The position numbers and the translations under genes were made by a program. A stretch of 64,000 nucleotides of DNA, taken from the NCBI GenBank assembly GCA_030390025.1, contig CM059432.1, forward strand, positions 1,240,001 to 1,304,000, given 5' to 3'. The notes under the pieces were generated by a model. That model was not told the DNA's origin and ran no database searches. It was given only the letters and a program-made list of their open reading frames with translations. Of the stretch, positions 38,713-50,800 are shown in pieces. Each line of letters starts with the position of its first letter. Position 1 is the stretch's first letter. The stretch comes from Squalus acanthias. Lineage: Eukaryota.

Positions 38713-39098
38713 ATTACTTCCACAGTTGTCTATGTTCTTTTTTCCATTCGCCTTTTTGCTGATAGCAGCCTTTGTTTTCTTTAGTTGTTCCTTGTACTCG
38801 ACTCTGTTTAGTTGAGTATTAAATGTCTTTAATTTATAGAAACATTTCTGTTTACATCTTATTTATTTTTGTACATAGCCAGTCAGCCACCTTGGCTTTA
38901 TCTTCCCACACTTCCTTCTTTTGACATATTTGTTTTCCACATTTTTTATCTTGTTCTTAAAAACTTTCCATTTGTATTCTATATCGGTCTCATCACCACC
39001 CAGCAGGGTTAGCCAATTTACCCGTTCCAAATCATCTGCCATTTTGGTGAAGTTTGTTCTTCTGAAATCTGGTACGAGTTGCAGGTTCTCAGTATCTT

Positions 39099-40905
39099 TA
39101 GTTCTACTAACTTGATTGAGTTTTTTGATGAGGTAACAGAGAGGGTTGATGAGGGCAATGCGGTTGATGTGGTGTACATGGACTTCCACAAGGCATTTGA
39201 TAAAGTGCCACATAATAGGCTTGTCAGCAAAGTTGAAACCCATGGAATAAAAGGGACAGTGGCAGCATGGTTACGAAATTGGCTAAGTGACAGGAAACAG
39301 AGAGTAGTGGTGAACAGTTGTTTTTCAGACTGGAGGAAGGTATACAGTGGTGTTCCCCAGGGGTCGGTGCTAGGACCACTGCTTTTCTTAATATATATTA
39401 ATGACTTGGACTTGGGTGTACAGGGCACAATTTCAAAATTTGCAGATGACACAAAACTTGGAAGTATAGTGAACAGTGAGGATAGTGATAGACTTCAAGA
39501 CATAGACAGGCTGGTGAAATGGGCGGACATGTGGCAGATGAAATTTAACGCAGAAAAGTGCGAAGTGATACATTTTGGTAAGAAAGAAATACTTGCATTT
39601 ATATAGCGCCTTTCATGACCACCGGACGTCTCAAAGCGCTTTACAGCCAATGAAGTACTTTTGAAGTGGAGTCACTGTTGTAGGAAGAATGAGGAGTGGC
39701 AATATAAACTAATGGGTACAATCCTAAAGGGGGTGCATGAACAGAGAGACCTGGGGGTATTTGTGCACAAATCGTTGAAGGTGGCAGGGCAGGTTGAGAA
39801 AGCGATTAAAAATGCATACGGGATCCTGGGCTTCATAAATAGAGGCATAGAGTACAAAAACAAGGAAGTTATGATGAACCTTTATAAACATAGAAGCATA
39901 GAAGATAGGAGCAGGAGTAGGCCATTCGGCTCCTCGAGCCTGCTCCGCCATTTAATGAGATCATGGCTGATCATCTAAATTCAGAACCCTGTCCCTGCTT
40001 TCTCCCCATATCCCTTGATCCCTTTAGCCTTAACAAATATATCTAACTCCTTCTTGAATATATTTAATGAATTGGCCTCAACTGCCTTCTGTGGTAGAGA
40101 ATTCCACAGGTTCACCACTCTCTGGGTGAAGAAATTCCTCCTCATCTCAGTCCTAAATGGCTTACCCCTTATCCTTAGACTGTGACCCCTGGTTCTGGAC
40201 TCCCCCGCCATCGGGAACATCCTTCCTGCATCTAGTCTGTCTAGTCCTGTTAGAATTTTATAAGTTTCAATGAGATCCCCTCTCATTCTTCTAAACTCTA
40301 GCGAATACAAGCCCAATCGACCCAATCTCTCTTCATACGTCAACACTGGTTCGGCCTCAACTGGAGTATTGTGTCCAATTCTGGGCACCACACTTTAGGA
40401 AGGATGTGAAGGCCTTAGAGAGGGTGCAGAAAAGATTTTCAAGAATGATTCCAGGGATGAGGGACTACAGTTATGTGGATAGACTGGAGAAGCTGGGGTT
40501 GTTCTCCTTAGAGCAGAGAAGATTGAGAGGAGATTTGATAGAGGTGTTCAAAATCATGAGGGGTCTGGACAGAGTAGATAGAGAGAAACTGTTCCCATTG
40601 GCGGAAGGGTCGAGAACCAGAGGACACAGATTTAAGGTGATTGGCAAAAGAACCAAAGGCGACATGAGGAAAAACTTCTTTACGCAGCGAGTGGTTAGGA
40701 TCTGGAATGCACTGCCTGAAAGGGCGGTGGAGGCAGACTCAATCACGGCTTTCAAAAGGGAATTGGATAAGTACCTGAAGGAAAAAAATTTGCAGGGCCA
40801 TGGGAAAGGGCGGGGGAGTGGGACTAGCTGAAGTGCTCTTACAGAGAGCCGGCACGGGCTCGACGGGCCGACTGGCCTCCTTCTGTGCTGTGTAACCATT
40901 CTATG
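39099..40905 (+). mobile_element. 5'-truncated CR1 inside copy C, itself interrupted by an antisense SINE tail (~39582-39680) and an antisense CR1 3' end (~39887-40340)
   Basis: TNLIEFFDEVT...SKFADDTK...CEVIHFG | inserted CTTGCATTTATATAGCGCC...| RKNEE...MNLYK | inserted copy-B-like tail | TLVRPQLEYC... Confidence 0.88.
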
Positions 40906-41684
40906 ATACTAGCTAATTGAAACCATATAATGTTGTGGTCACTGTTGGGCAGATGTTTCCCCAGTTGTTCATGGAAGCCAGATAAGAGGTCAGGCTCACT
41001 ACTAAATACTAGATCCAATAGATGATTATCCCTAGTTACTTCATTAACATGTTGAGTTAGGAAACAGTCTTGTATATTTTCAACAAATGTTTCAGCTGCA
41101 CTTCCCATCACAACAGAGGGTAAACCATCGTGCCACTGACTGCCAAGAAAATTAAACTCACCCATCAAACAAAGGTGGCGTTTTATATTAAAAGCATTTG
41201 CAATCTGTTTCCATAATAACTCATGTTCAGGTGTCTGACCCGGGTGCCTATAACAATTACCGATAATTAATCCCTGCCCGTGAGCTTGCTCCACTTGAAC
41301 CCAGATAACCTCAGCTGTACTTGATGAGGCAATATCAATTCTTTCTCTAGCTGTTAGATTCTCACTGATAAAAATAGCAACCCCTCCTCCCCTTTGACCT
41401 ACTCTATCCTTTCTGAATCCCTTTAGGTGAATTTCTGTCCCATCACTTTAGTCTAGCCATGTCTCAGAAATACACAATATGTCTAATTTCTCCAACACAA
41501 CGTAGGATTGCAGTTCTCATAATTTGTTTCTAACACTCCTTTCATTTACATAAAAATAATTTAAAGGTCTCTCATCTAACTTCTTAGTTATTTATTTTTG
41601 TATGCATTCTACCTGGTTTAATGGCATGCTTAGAATCTATGTAATTATCAAGGTCAGTAAGGCTATCTTTAAACATATCCAACA

Positions 41685-42094
41685 GGAACGGTAGCATAGT
41701 GGTTATGTTATTGGACGAGTAATCCAGAGGCCTGGACTAATGATCCGGAGACATGAGTTCAATTCCCACCATGTGGAATTTAAATTAAATAAATCTGGAA
41801 TAAAAAGCTAGTATCAGTAATGGTGACCATGAAACTATCGGATTGTCGTAAAAACTTATCTGGTTAAGTAATGTCCTTTAGGTAATTTGCCACCCTTACC
41901 CAGTCTGGCCTATAAGTGACTCTAGACCCACAGCAATGTGATTGACTCTTAACTGACCTCTGAAATTGCTGAACAAGCCACTCAGTATCAAACCGCTAGG
42001 AAAACACCTCACGGACTGAAACTCGAGGGCAATTAAGGATGGGCAATAAATGCTGGCATTGCCAGCGACGCCCACACCCAGTGAATAAAAAAAA
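41685..42094 (+). mobile_element. tRNA-derived SINE sharing its 3' tail with the LINE at 43640-45065
   Basis: A-box-like GGTAGCATAGTGG, B-box-like GAGTTCAATTCCC, tail GGGCAATTAAGGATGGGCAATAAATGCTGG...GACGCCCACA...AAAAAAAA. Confidence 0.85.
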
Positions 42095-43639
42095 TCTGCA
42101 CTATCCTCTTGCTGAATTAGTTTAAATGCTTTCTGAAAGCATGCTCAACACCATCTGCCGTCCCTCCATCTTAACAACTTACTTTGTCCAGCGAACACAT
42201 CCCAATTATCGATGAAGTGGAGCTTCTTTTTGCAAAAGGTCCCGAAGCCAGATGTTGAATCCTACGATTTGGCTAATCCTCTCCAGTGATCTGAACATGC
42301 CCAGAGACTACTACCTTTGCACCCCTTTGCTGAAGGTCAGCTATGAGGCCTTTGTAGGAATCCTGTAAAACAAATGGATTTCTATTCATTATATCATTAG
42401 TATCAATATGTAAACCTACTACAGTACCTTGGCACTCACCTTTGATCAGATCATCCACACGGTCCTGGAGATCAGCTACCTTGGCCCCTGGAAGATAAAC
42501 GACTGCTCTTGACAGAGCCTTACCTCTATCGAGGGTGCTATCTGTACGCCTGATGATGGAGTCCCCTATAAGGATTGCACGCTGCCTCTTGCTCTTCCTT
42601 GGCTGTTCACCCAACGATGTCTTCTTGGACTTTGCAGCTTTTCCCTCACCTTTTCCAATATGTTGATATGAGCATTGAGGTTGATCAGTGTCACTGGTGC
42701 TGACCTCACTGCCTGTTGCATCCTCCACATCAAGAAGCAGGGCATACTTATTTGGAGCAACAAAAGAATCCAGAGTGGTGAAAAATCCAGTCATATCAAT
42801 GCCAGACAATGATGACTGACTTTTCGTCCCAGTCAGGAAGTCATCGAAATCCACCAAGTATGTTAATTGGTCAATCTTCTCTTTTAAGCAACCGATCTCC
42901 TGCTGCAGAGACAAAACCTGAACACATTTAGTGCAAGTGAAAGCCCCAGAACTGGGGGCCATCAATATAAGATGGTCACTAATAAATCCACTAAGGAATT
43001 CAGGAGAAACTTCTTTACCCGGAGAGTGGTGTGAATGTGGAACTTGCTACCACAGGGAGTGGTTGAGGCAAATAGCACAGATGCCTTTAAAGGGAAGCTG
43101 GATAAGTATAAGAGGAAGAAAGAATAGAAGGATATGCTGATACGGTTCGATGGAGTCAGGTGGGAGGAGGTTTCTGTGGAGCATAAACACTGGCATAGAC
43201 CTGTTGGGCCAAATGGCCTGTTTCTGCACTGTAAATTCTACGTTCTGTAATATTACAAGAGGAGAAGAATGGAATGTGATCTAGAGTATGTTTCAACATG
43301 TGCATTCATGTTGAATTTAGCTTGAATTATATTAACGTACTTAGTTTTTGGTATCAATGCAATATGAAGAAAGCATTCTGAAAGTTATTTGTACAATGCA
43401 TAATTTAAAAAATACTTTCTATAAGGAATGCAGTTATCCTTTCTAGTTTCTTTCACAGAAAAGTGAATATATATTTAAAGTTCTTGAAATACACTGGCCC
43501 AGAATTTCCTCAGTGATTTATATTGCTGTTGCACCTGTAAAAAAAGGAAAAACTTTTACATTCACCACTGATCTCTAGAAGGAGATACATGGAAGTTTCC
43601 TGAATTTGCTTACTTGTATATCTGTTGATGCAAGCATTA

Positions 43640-45065
43640 GTGTATGTCCTGTCCACAAAAAGCAGGACAAATCCAACCCGGCCAATTACCGCCCCATCAG
43701 TCTACTCTCAATCATCAGCAAAGTGTTGGAAGGTGTCATCGACAGTGCTATCAAGCAGCACTTACTCACAAATAACCTGCTCACTGATGCCCAGTTTGGG
43801 TTCCGCCAAGACTACTCGGCTCCCGACCTCATTACAGCCTTGGTCCAAACATGGACAAAGGAGCTGAATTCCAGAGGTGAGGTGAGAGTGACTGCCCTTG
43901 ACATCAAGGCAGCATTTAACTGAGTGTGGCATCAAGGAGCCCTAGTAAAACTGAAGTCAATGGGAATCGGGGGGGAAAACGCTCCACTGGCTGGAGTCAT
44001 ACCTAGCACAAAGGAAGATGGTTGTGGTGGTTGAAGGTCAATCATCGCAGCCCCAGGACATCGTGGCAGGAGTTCCTCAGGGTAGTGTCCTAGGCCCAAC
44101 TATCTTCAGCTGCTTCATCAATGACCTTCCCTCCAACATAAGGTCAGAAATGGGGATGTTCGCTGATGACTGCACAGTGTTCAGCGCCATTCACAACTCC
44201 TCAAATAATGAAGCAGTCCATGCCCACATGCAACAAGACCTGGACGACGTTCAGGCTTGGGCTGATAAGTGGCAGGTAACATTCACACCACAGAAGTGCC
44301 AGGCAATGACTATCTCCAACAAGCGAGCATCTAACCACCTCCCCTTGACATTCAACGGTATTACCATCGCCGAATCCCCCACCATCAACATCCTGGGGGT
44401 CACCATTGACCAGAAACTTAACTGGACCAGCCACATAAATACTGTGGCAACAAGAGCAGGTCAGAGGCTAGGTATTCTGCGGCGAGTGTCTCACCTCCTG
44501 ACTCCCCAAAGCCTTTCCACCATCTACAAGGCACAAGTAAGGAGTGTGTTGGATTACTCTCCACTTGCCTGGATGAGTGCAGCTCCAACAACACTCAAGA
44601 AGCTCGACACCATCCAGAACAAAGCAGCTCGCTTGATTGACACCCCATCCACCACCTTAAACGTTCACTCCATCCACCACTGGCGCTCCGTGGCTGCAGT
44701 GTGTACCATCTACAAGATGCACTGCAGCAACTCGCCAAGGCTCCTTCGGCAGCACCTCCCAAACCCGCGACCTCTTCCATCTAGAAGGACAAGGGCAGTT
44801 CGTGCATGAGAACACCACCACCTCCACGTTCCCCTCCAAGTCACACACCATCCTGATTTAGAAGTATATCGTCGATCCTTCATCGTCGCTGGGTCAAAAT
44901 CCTGGAACTCTCTACCTAACAGCACTGTGGGAGTACCTTCACCACACGGACTGCAGCGGTTCAAGAAGGCGGCTCGCCACCACCTTCTCGAGGGCAATTA
45001 GGGATGGGCAATAAATGCCGGCCTAACCAGCGACGCCCACATCCCATAAACGAATTATAAAAAAG
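43640..45065 (+). mobile_element. 5'-truncated non-LTR retrotransposon (RT domain; Jockey/CR1-group, not the main CR1 family)
   Basis: NYRPISLLSIISK, QFGFR, LDIKAAF, GVPQGSVLGPTIF, MFADD, LGVTIDQKLNW. Confidence 0.92.
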
Positions 45066-45404
45066 CAGCTGAACCAGCAGGAAAGTTCCGTGCAGCCTTG
45101 TAAATGCATTGTTCAGCTTCTGCTATTCAGCAGAACACTGGTGTACTAGAAGGTAAGGCAGTAACACTGCTTGGCTTTTTCATTTCTCTCTCATTACTTC
45201 ACTGCAAGTCAATATTTTTACTATACAAGGACAGAATTATGGCATGGCACCAAGGCAGAGGTGTGAAACATGCAAAACCTCACTCCTTCGGACCCCCTGC
45301 GGAGCAGTGAAGGCTGGATGACCAGACCCCTGGGCATTACCAAGTCACCCGGAATTATCACTCGTGCCACCGGCACTAACCGCCAACTTCCTCACACCCA
45401 GGAA

Positions 45405-47380
45405 TATAAGAATATAAGAATATAAGAAATAGGAGCAGGAGTAGGCCAATCGGCCCCTCGAGCCTGCTCCGCCATTCAATAAGATCATGGCTGATCTGAT
45501 CCTAACCTCAAATCTAAAGAACACAAGAAGTAGGAGCAGGACCCGGCCACTCAGCCCCTGGGCCCGCTCCGCCACCCACAGGGCCCTGACCGATCCGAAC
45601 TCAGCCTCATGTCCAAGTTCCTGCCCGCTCACCGTAACCCCTAATTCCCTTTACCTCTAGGAAACTATCTATTTCTGTTTTAAATTTATTTAATGATGTA
45701 GCTTCCACAGCTTCCTGGGGCAGCAAATTCCACAGACCTACTACCCTCTGAGTGAAGAAGTTTCTCCTCATCTCAGTTTTGAAAGAGCAGCCCCTTATTC
45801 TAAGATTATGCCCCCTAGTTCTAGTTTCACCCATCCTTGGGAACATCCTTACCGCATCCACCTGATCAAGCCCCTTCACAATCTTATATGTTTCAATAAG
45901 ATCGCCTCTCATTCTTCTGAACTCCAATGAGTAGAGTCCCAATCTACTCAACCTCTCCTCATATGTCCACCCCCTCATCCCCGGGATTAACCGAGTGAAC
46001 CTTCTTTGTACTGCCTCGAGAGCAAGTATGTCTTTTTTTAAGTATGGACACCAAAACTGTATGCAGTATTCCAATGTGCGGTCTCACCAATACCTTATAT
46101 AACTGCAGCAATACCTCCCTGTTTTTATAATCTATCCCCCTAGCAATAAAAGCCAACATTCCGTTGGCCTTCTTGATCACCTGCTGCACCTGCATACTAA
46201 CTTTTTGATTTTCTTGCACTAGGACCCCCCAGATCCCTTTGTACTGCAGTACTTTCCAGTTTCTCGCCATTAAGATAATAACTTGCTCTCTGATTTTTCC
46301 TGCCAAAGTGCATAACCTCACATTTTCCAATATTGTATTGCATCTGCCAAATCTCCGCCCACTCACCCAGCCTGTCTATATCCCCTTGTAGGTTTTTTAT
46401 GTCCTCCTCACTCTCTACTTTCCCTCTCATCTTTGTATCATCTGCAAACTTTGATATGTTACACTCGGTCCCCTCCTCCAAATCATTAATATAGATTGTA
46501 AAGAGTTGGGGACCCAGCACTGACCCCTGCGGAACACCACTGGCTACTGGTTGCCAGTCCGAGAATGAACTATTTATCCCAACTCTCTGCTTCCTGTTAG
46601 ATAACGAATCCTCCACCCATGCCAGAATATTACCCCCAATCCAGTGATTTTTTATCTTGAGCAATAATCTTTTATGTGGCACCTTGTCGAATGCCTTCTG
46701 GAAGTCTAAATACACTACGTCCACTGGTTCCCCTTTATCCACCCTGTACGTTATGTCCTCAAAGAACTGAAGCAAATTTGTCAGACATGACTTCCCCTTC
46801 ATAAAGCCATGCTGACTTTGTCCTATTAAATTATGTTTATCTAAATGTTCCGTTACTGTCTCCTTAATAATAGACTCCAAAATTTTACCCACCACAGATG
46901 TTAGGCTAACTGGTCTATAATTTCCAGCCTTCTGCCTACTACCCTTTTTAAATAAGGGTGTTACATTAGCAGTTTTCCAATCTGCCGGGACCTTTGCTGA
47001 GTCCAGGGAATTTTGGAAAATTATTACCAAAGCATTCACAATCCCTACTGCCACTTCCCTCAAGACCCTAGGATGTAAGCCATCAGGTCCAGGGGATTTA
47101 TCTGCCTTGAGTCCCATTATTTTACTGAGTACCAATTCCTTAGTGATTTTAATTGTATTTAGCTCCTCCCCCCCTAGAGCCCCCTGTCTGTCCAGTGTTG
47201 GGATATTCTTAGTGTCCTCTACCGTAAAGACTGAAACAAAATATTTGTTCAGCATTTTTGCCATCTCCATGTTTCCCACCATTAATTTCCCGGTCTCATC
47301 CTCTAAGGGACCTACGTTTGCCTTAGCCACCCTTTTTCTTTTTATATAACTATAGAAACTCTTGCTATCTGTTTTTATAT
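45405..47380 (-). mobile_element. 5'-truncated young CR1 LINE with a doubled 3' end
   Basis: 377-aa RT ORF 46197-47330 plus 45607-46366; two successive 3'UTR hairpin/tail modules at 45405-45610. Confidence 0.93.
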
Positions 47381-47399
47381 ATCATTTAACTGTAGTGCA

Positions 47400-47560
47400 A
47401 TTGGTGGGATTGATTTGTTTTAATTTAATTTGAATTAATTAAAGGGTAAGTCATGGCAGGAGAGCTCGGCCCCGTGGTGTGCTCCTCCTGTGCTATGTGG
47501 GAAATCAGGGACCCATCCGGTGTCCTTGACAACCATGTGTGCGGGAAGTGCGGGACTGCA
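47400..47560 (+). mobile_element. CR1 5'UTR/ORF1 start fragment
   Basis: ATGGCAGGAGAGCTCGGCCCCGTGGTGTGCTCCTCCTGTGCTATGTGGGAA is homologous to 7330-7380. Confidence 0.8.
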
Positions 47561-47899
47561 GAACAATGCTGCAAGAAGATCCACATCCTCAACAAGGCCT
47601 TCAGTATACTCTGGTGAAGAGCGCCTCTAATTCCCTATGCTACACTATGACTACACAGTTACCCAAACACACAACCGCCTTGCACAACCCCAAAACCCTG
47701 TCCTGCACTTTTAACCCCCCTCACACCCCCACATATCTTCCAGCCACACACTACTTAACTGCAAGCCTTACCCTCATTTACTTATCTCTTTGCAGGATAA
47801 ATTGGCACACAATTCCCACCTAAAGTATGGCAGCAGCTGGGCCAACCCCACCGTTAAACTTGTAGGATTTTTGGTTTAACTCTCTTTACTCTTTAGGGT

Positions 47900-50800
47900 A
47901 ATCATAGAGTCATAGACTCATAATGGCACAGAAGGAGGCCATTCAGCCCATCGAGTCCATGCCGGCTCTCTGTAGAGCAATCCAGTCAGTCCCATTCCCC
48001 CGCTCTACATTGAATGTCTCCGCTTACACCACATCCGTCGGCAGCGAGTTCCAGGACCTCACCACTCGCTGCGTAAAAAGGTTTTTCCTCACTCCCCCCC
48101 GAATCTCTTGCCCAAAACCTTAAATCTGTGTCCCCTAGTCCTTGTACCATCAACTAGTGGGAACAGCCTTTCCCCGTCTAGCCTATCCAAACCCGTCATA
48201 ATCTTGTACACCTCTATCAAATCACCCCTCAACCTCCTTTGCTCTAATGAAAACAAATCCAGCTTCTCCAACCTGTCCTTGTAGCTAAGATCCCCCATCC
48301 CCGGAACCATTCTGCTAAATCTCCTCTGCACCCTCTCAAGTGCCTTCACATCCTTCCTGAAGTGTGGTGACCAGAACTGGACGCAATAATCCAGTTGTGG
48401 CCTAACCAACGCTTTATAAAGGTTCAGCATAACTTCTCTACTTTTGTACTCAATACCTCTATTTATGAAGCCCAAGATCCCATATGCTTTGCTAACCACT
48501 CTCTCAATATGTCCCGCCACCTTCAGGGACCTATGCACATTAACTCCCAGGTCCCTCTGACCCTGCACACTCTTTAAAACTGTGCCATTAAGTGTATATT
48601 GCCTCTCCCTGTTCCTTCTGTCAAAATGCATCACCTCACACTTCTCTGTATTAAATTCCATCTGCCACTTGTCTGTCCATTCTGCTAGCCTTTCTATGTC
48701 CTGTTGCAGTCGATTGGTATCATCCTCACTGTTTGCCACACCCCCAAGTTTGGTGTCATCGGCAAATCTGTATTCCAATATCCAGGTCATTTATATATAT
48801 CAAAAAAAGCAGTGGCCCCAGCACTGACCCTTGGGGAACACCACTGTCTCCAGTCTGAAAAACAGCCATTTACCACAACTCGCTGTTTTCTGTCCTTAAG
48901 CCAATTCCTTACCCAAGCTGCCATTGACCCACCTATTCCATGAACCTCAATTTTGTTAACCAGCCTTCTGTGTGGTACTTTGTCAAACGCCTTCCTAAAA
49001 TCCATGCAGACAACATCCATTGCATTCCCTTCATCGATCCTCCCTGTTACTTCATCAAAAAATTCAATTAAATTAGTTAAACACGATCTGCCTATTACAA
49101 ATCCATGTTGGCTCTCCTTAATTAGCTTAAACCTCTCCAAGTGCCCGTTCATTTTTTCCTTGATTATTGTTTCTAAAACTTTACCCACCACTGATGTTAA
49201 ACTGACCGGCCTGTACTTACTAGGATTGTCCTTACACCCTTTCTTGAACAATGGTGTCACATTTGCCACTTTCCAATCCTCAGGCACCTACCCTGCATCT
49301 AGGGAAGATTGGAAAATTATGGCAAGCCCTTCTGCTATCTCCTCCCCGAATTCCCTTAGCAATCTGGGATGCAAACCATCTGGACCAGGCGACTTATCCA
49401 CTCTAAGCATACGCAATCTTTCTAGTACATCCTGTCTATCAATTTTCACCCCTTCCATTGCTTCTACCTTTTCCACTTCTACCGATATTTTGTCAGCATC
49501 CACCTCCTTAGTAAACACCGATACAAAGTACTGATTGAGTATTCTAGCCTTGCCCTGCGCCTCTAAGCATATATCACCTTCTTTGTCCCTAATAGGCCCC
49601 ACCCCGCCTCTTACTACCCTCTTACTGTTTACATGCTGGTAGATGATTTTTGGGTTCCCTTTTATGTTAACTGCCATTCTACTCTCATATTCTCTCTTTG
49701 CCAATCTTATTTTCATCATTACTTCCCCTCTAAACTTATTGGGGGAAAAATTCAGTATCGCTCCATTTGGGGCGCAATTATCAGCCGGGCTCAAAGATTA
49801 GCGCCTGGCGCTAATTATCGCCTCCGACTGCAAACTTGGCTTTTATCGCCACTGGAGGTGATTGGAGCGCTAAATCAGGCGCTTCACACCTGTCTTAAGG
49901 CGCAAAGGCCGAGGAGCGAGGCGCTACCTCAGAGCACTGGCGAAGCTCATGTGATGTCAGTCAGCAATGGAACAGACACAATGGCGCCGGCCAGTTCTTA
50001 AAGGGGAGGGTTGATCTTGCTCTCCATCCACATCCTGCTCATTGCAGCCTTGAATCTCGGCCTGGAGAGACCTGTACATCAAATCTGCTGGAAAGAACAA
50101 TGGAGAGAACCAGGGAAAGGGCTCAGAGTGCAGCCCCCACAGTCTCTTCTAAATAGATGCAAGGAAGGGCAAATCAAAATGAACCTGCAAAGTGCTGCTC
50201 AGTACCCAAAACTCCTTCACACAGCGTTGAATCTCTCCAGAAGTCTCTCTCTCTCTCTCTCTCAGAATGCGTGGTGCAAAAATGTCACCAACAAAAAAAG
50301 GCAGGAAGCGTTCGCCTTTAAATAGCGCTCCCCCAGTTCCTTCCTGACTGCAAAATGCTCCCCTCAACCGGTCGTTGCTAGCGGCAGGCGGTAAGGCAGG
50401 GGGCGCCACTCAATATCCGCTCCGGGGCGTTGCGCACTCGACTGACGTCACGATCTGCCAGCGCAGGAGATCGTGGCGCTAGTGTTTAGCGCCGTCGCAA
50501 AATGTCTAGTTAATTTCGCGAGCGGCGCAAACATCGCCGCGCCCGGGCGCTAGTTGCTTTGCGCCCCATTAGCGCCCTCTTAAGGCGCTAACGGGAGGCG
50601 CAACCAACTGAATTTTTCCCCCATTGTATTTGGTCTGGTTCTCCCTTGAAGAATTCACCTGACATTCATCATGCACCCTCTTTTTTTTGTTTCATCATCT
50701 TCTCAATCTCCCTCGTCATCCAAGGAGCCCTTGCTTTGGTTCCCTTACCCTTCCCTCTTGTTGGTATGTGCCTAGCCTGTAGTTGGAACATCTCCTCCTT

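Larger units (their letters stand above)
35990..42965 (-). mobile_element. Divergent near full-length CR1 LINE (copy C) with several nested insertions
   Basis: ORF1 42273-42965 (CTKC, LIGDSIIR, LHIDTND); APE remnants at 40906-41560; RT at 37010-37507 (KAFDKV, GVPQG, CKFADD); 3' UTR at 35995. Confidence 0.9.
35690..43245 (+). mobile_element. CR1 3' fragment (35690-35988 + ~42945-43245) split by the ~7 kb nested copy C
   Basis: The left half ends GGGGAGTCCAAAAC and the right half resumes CCAGAACTGGGGGCCATCAATATAAG...AACTTCTTTACCC, restoring a contiguous CR1 ORF2 end. Confidence 0.75.

Noticed and set aside
41685..41775. tRNA gene
   Set aside because: It has A/B boxes but no proper cloverleaf, and continues into a SINE body and LINE-derived tail.
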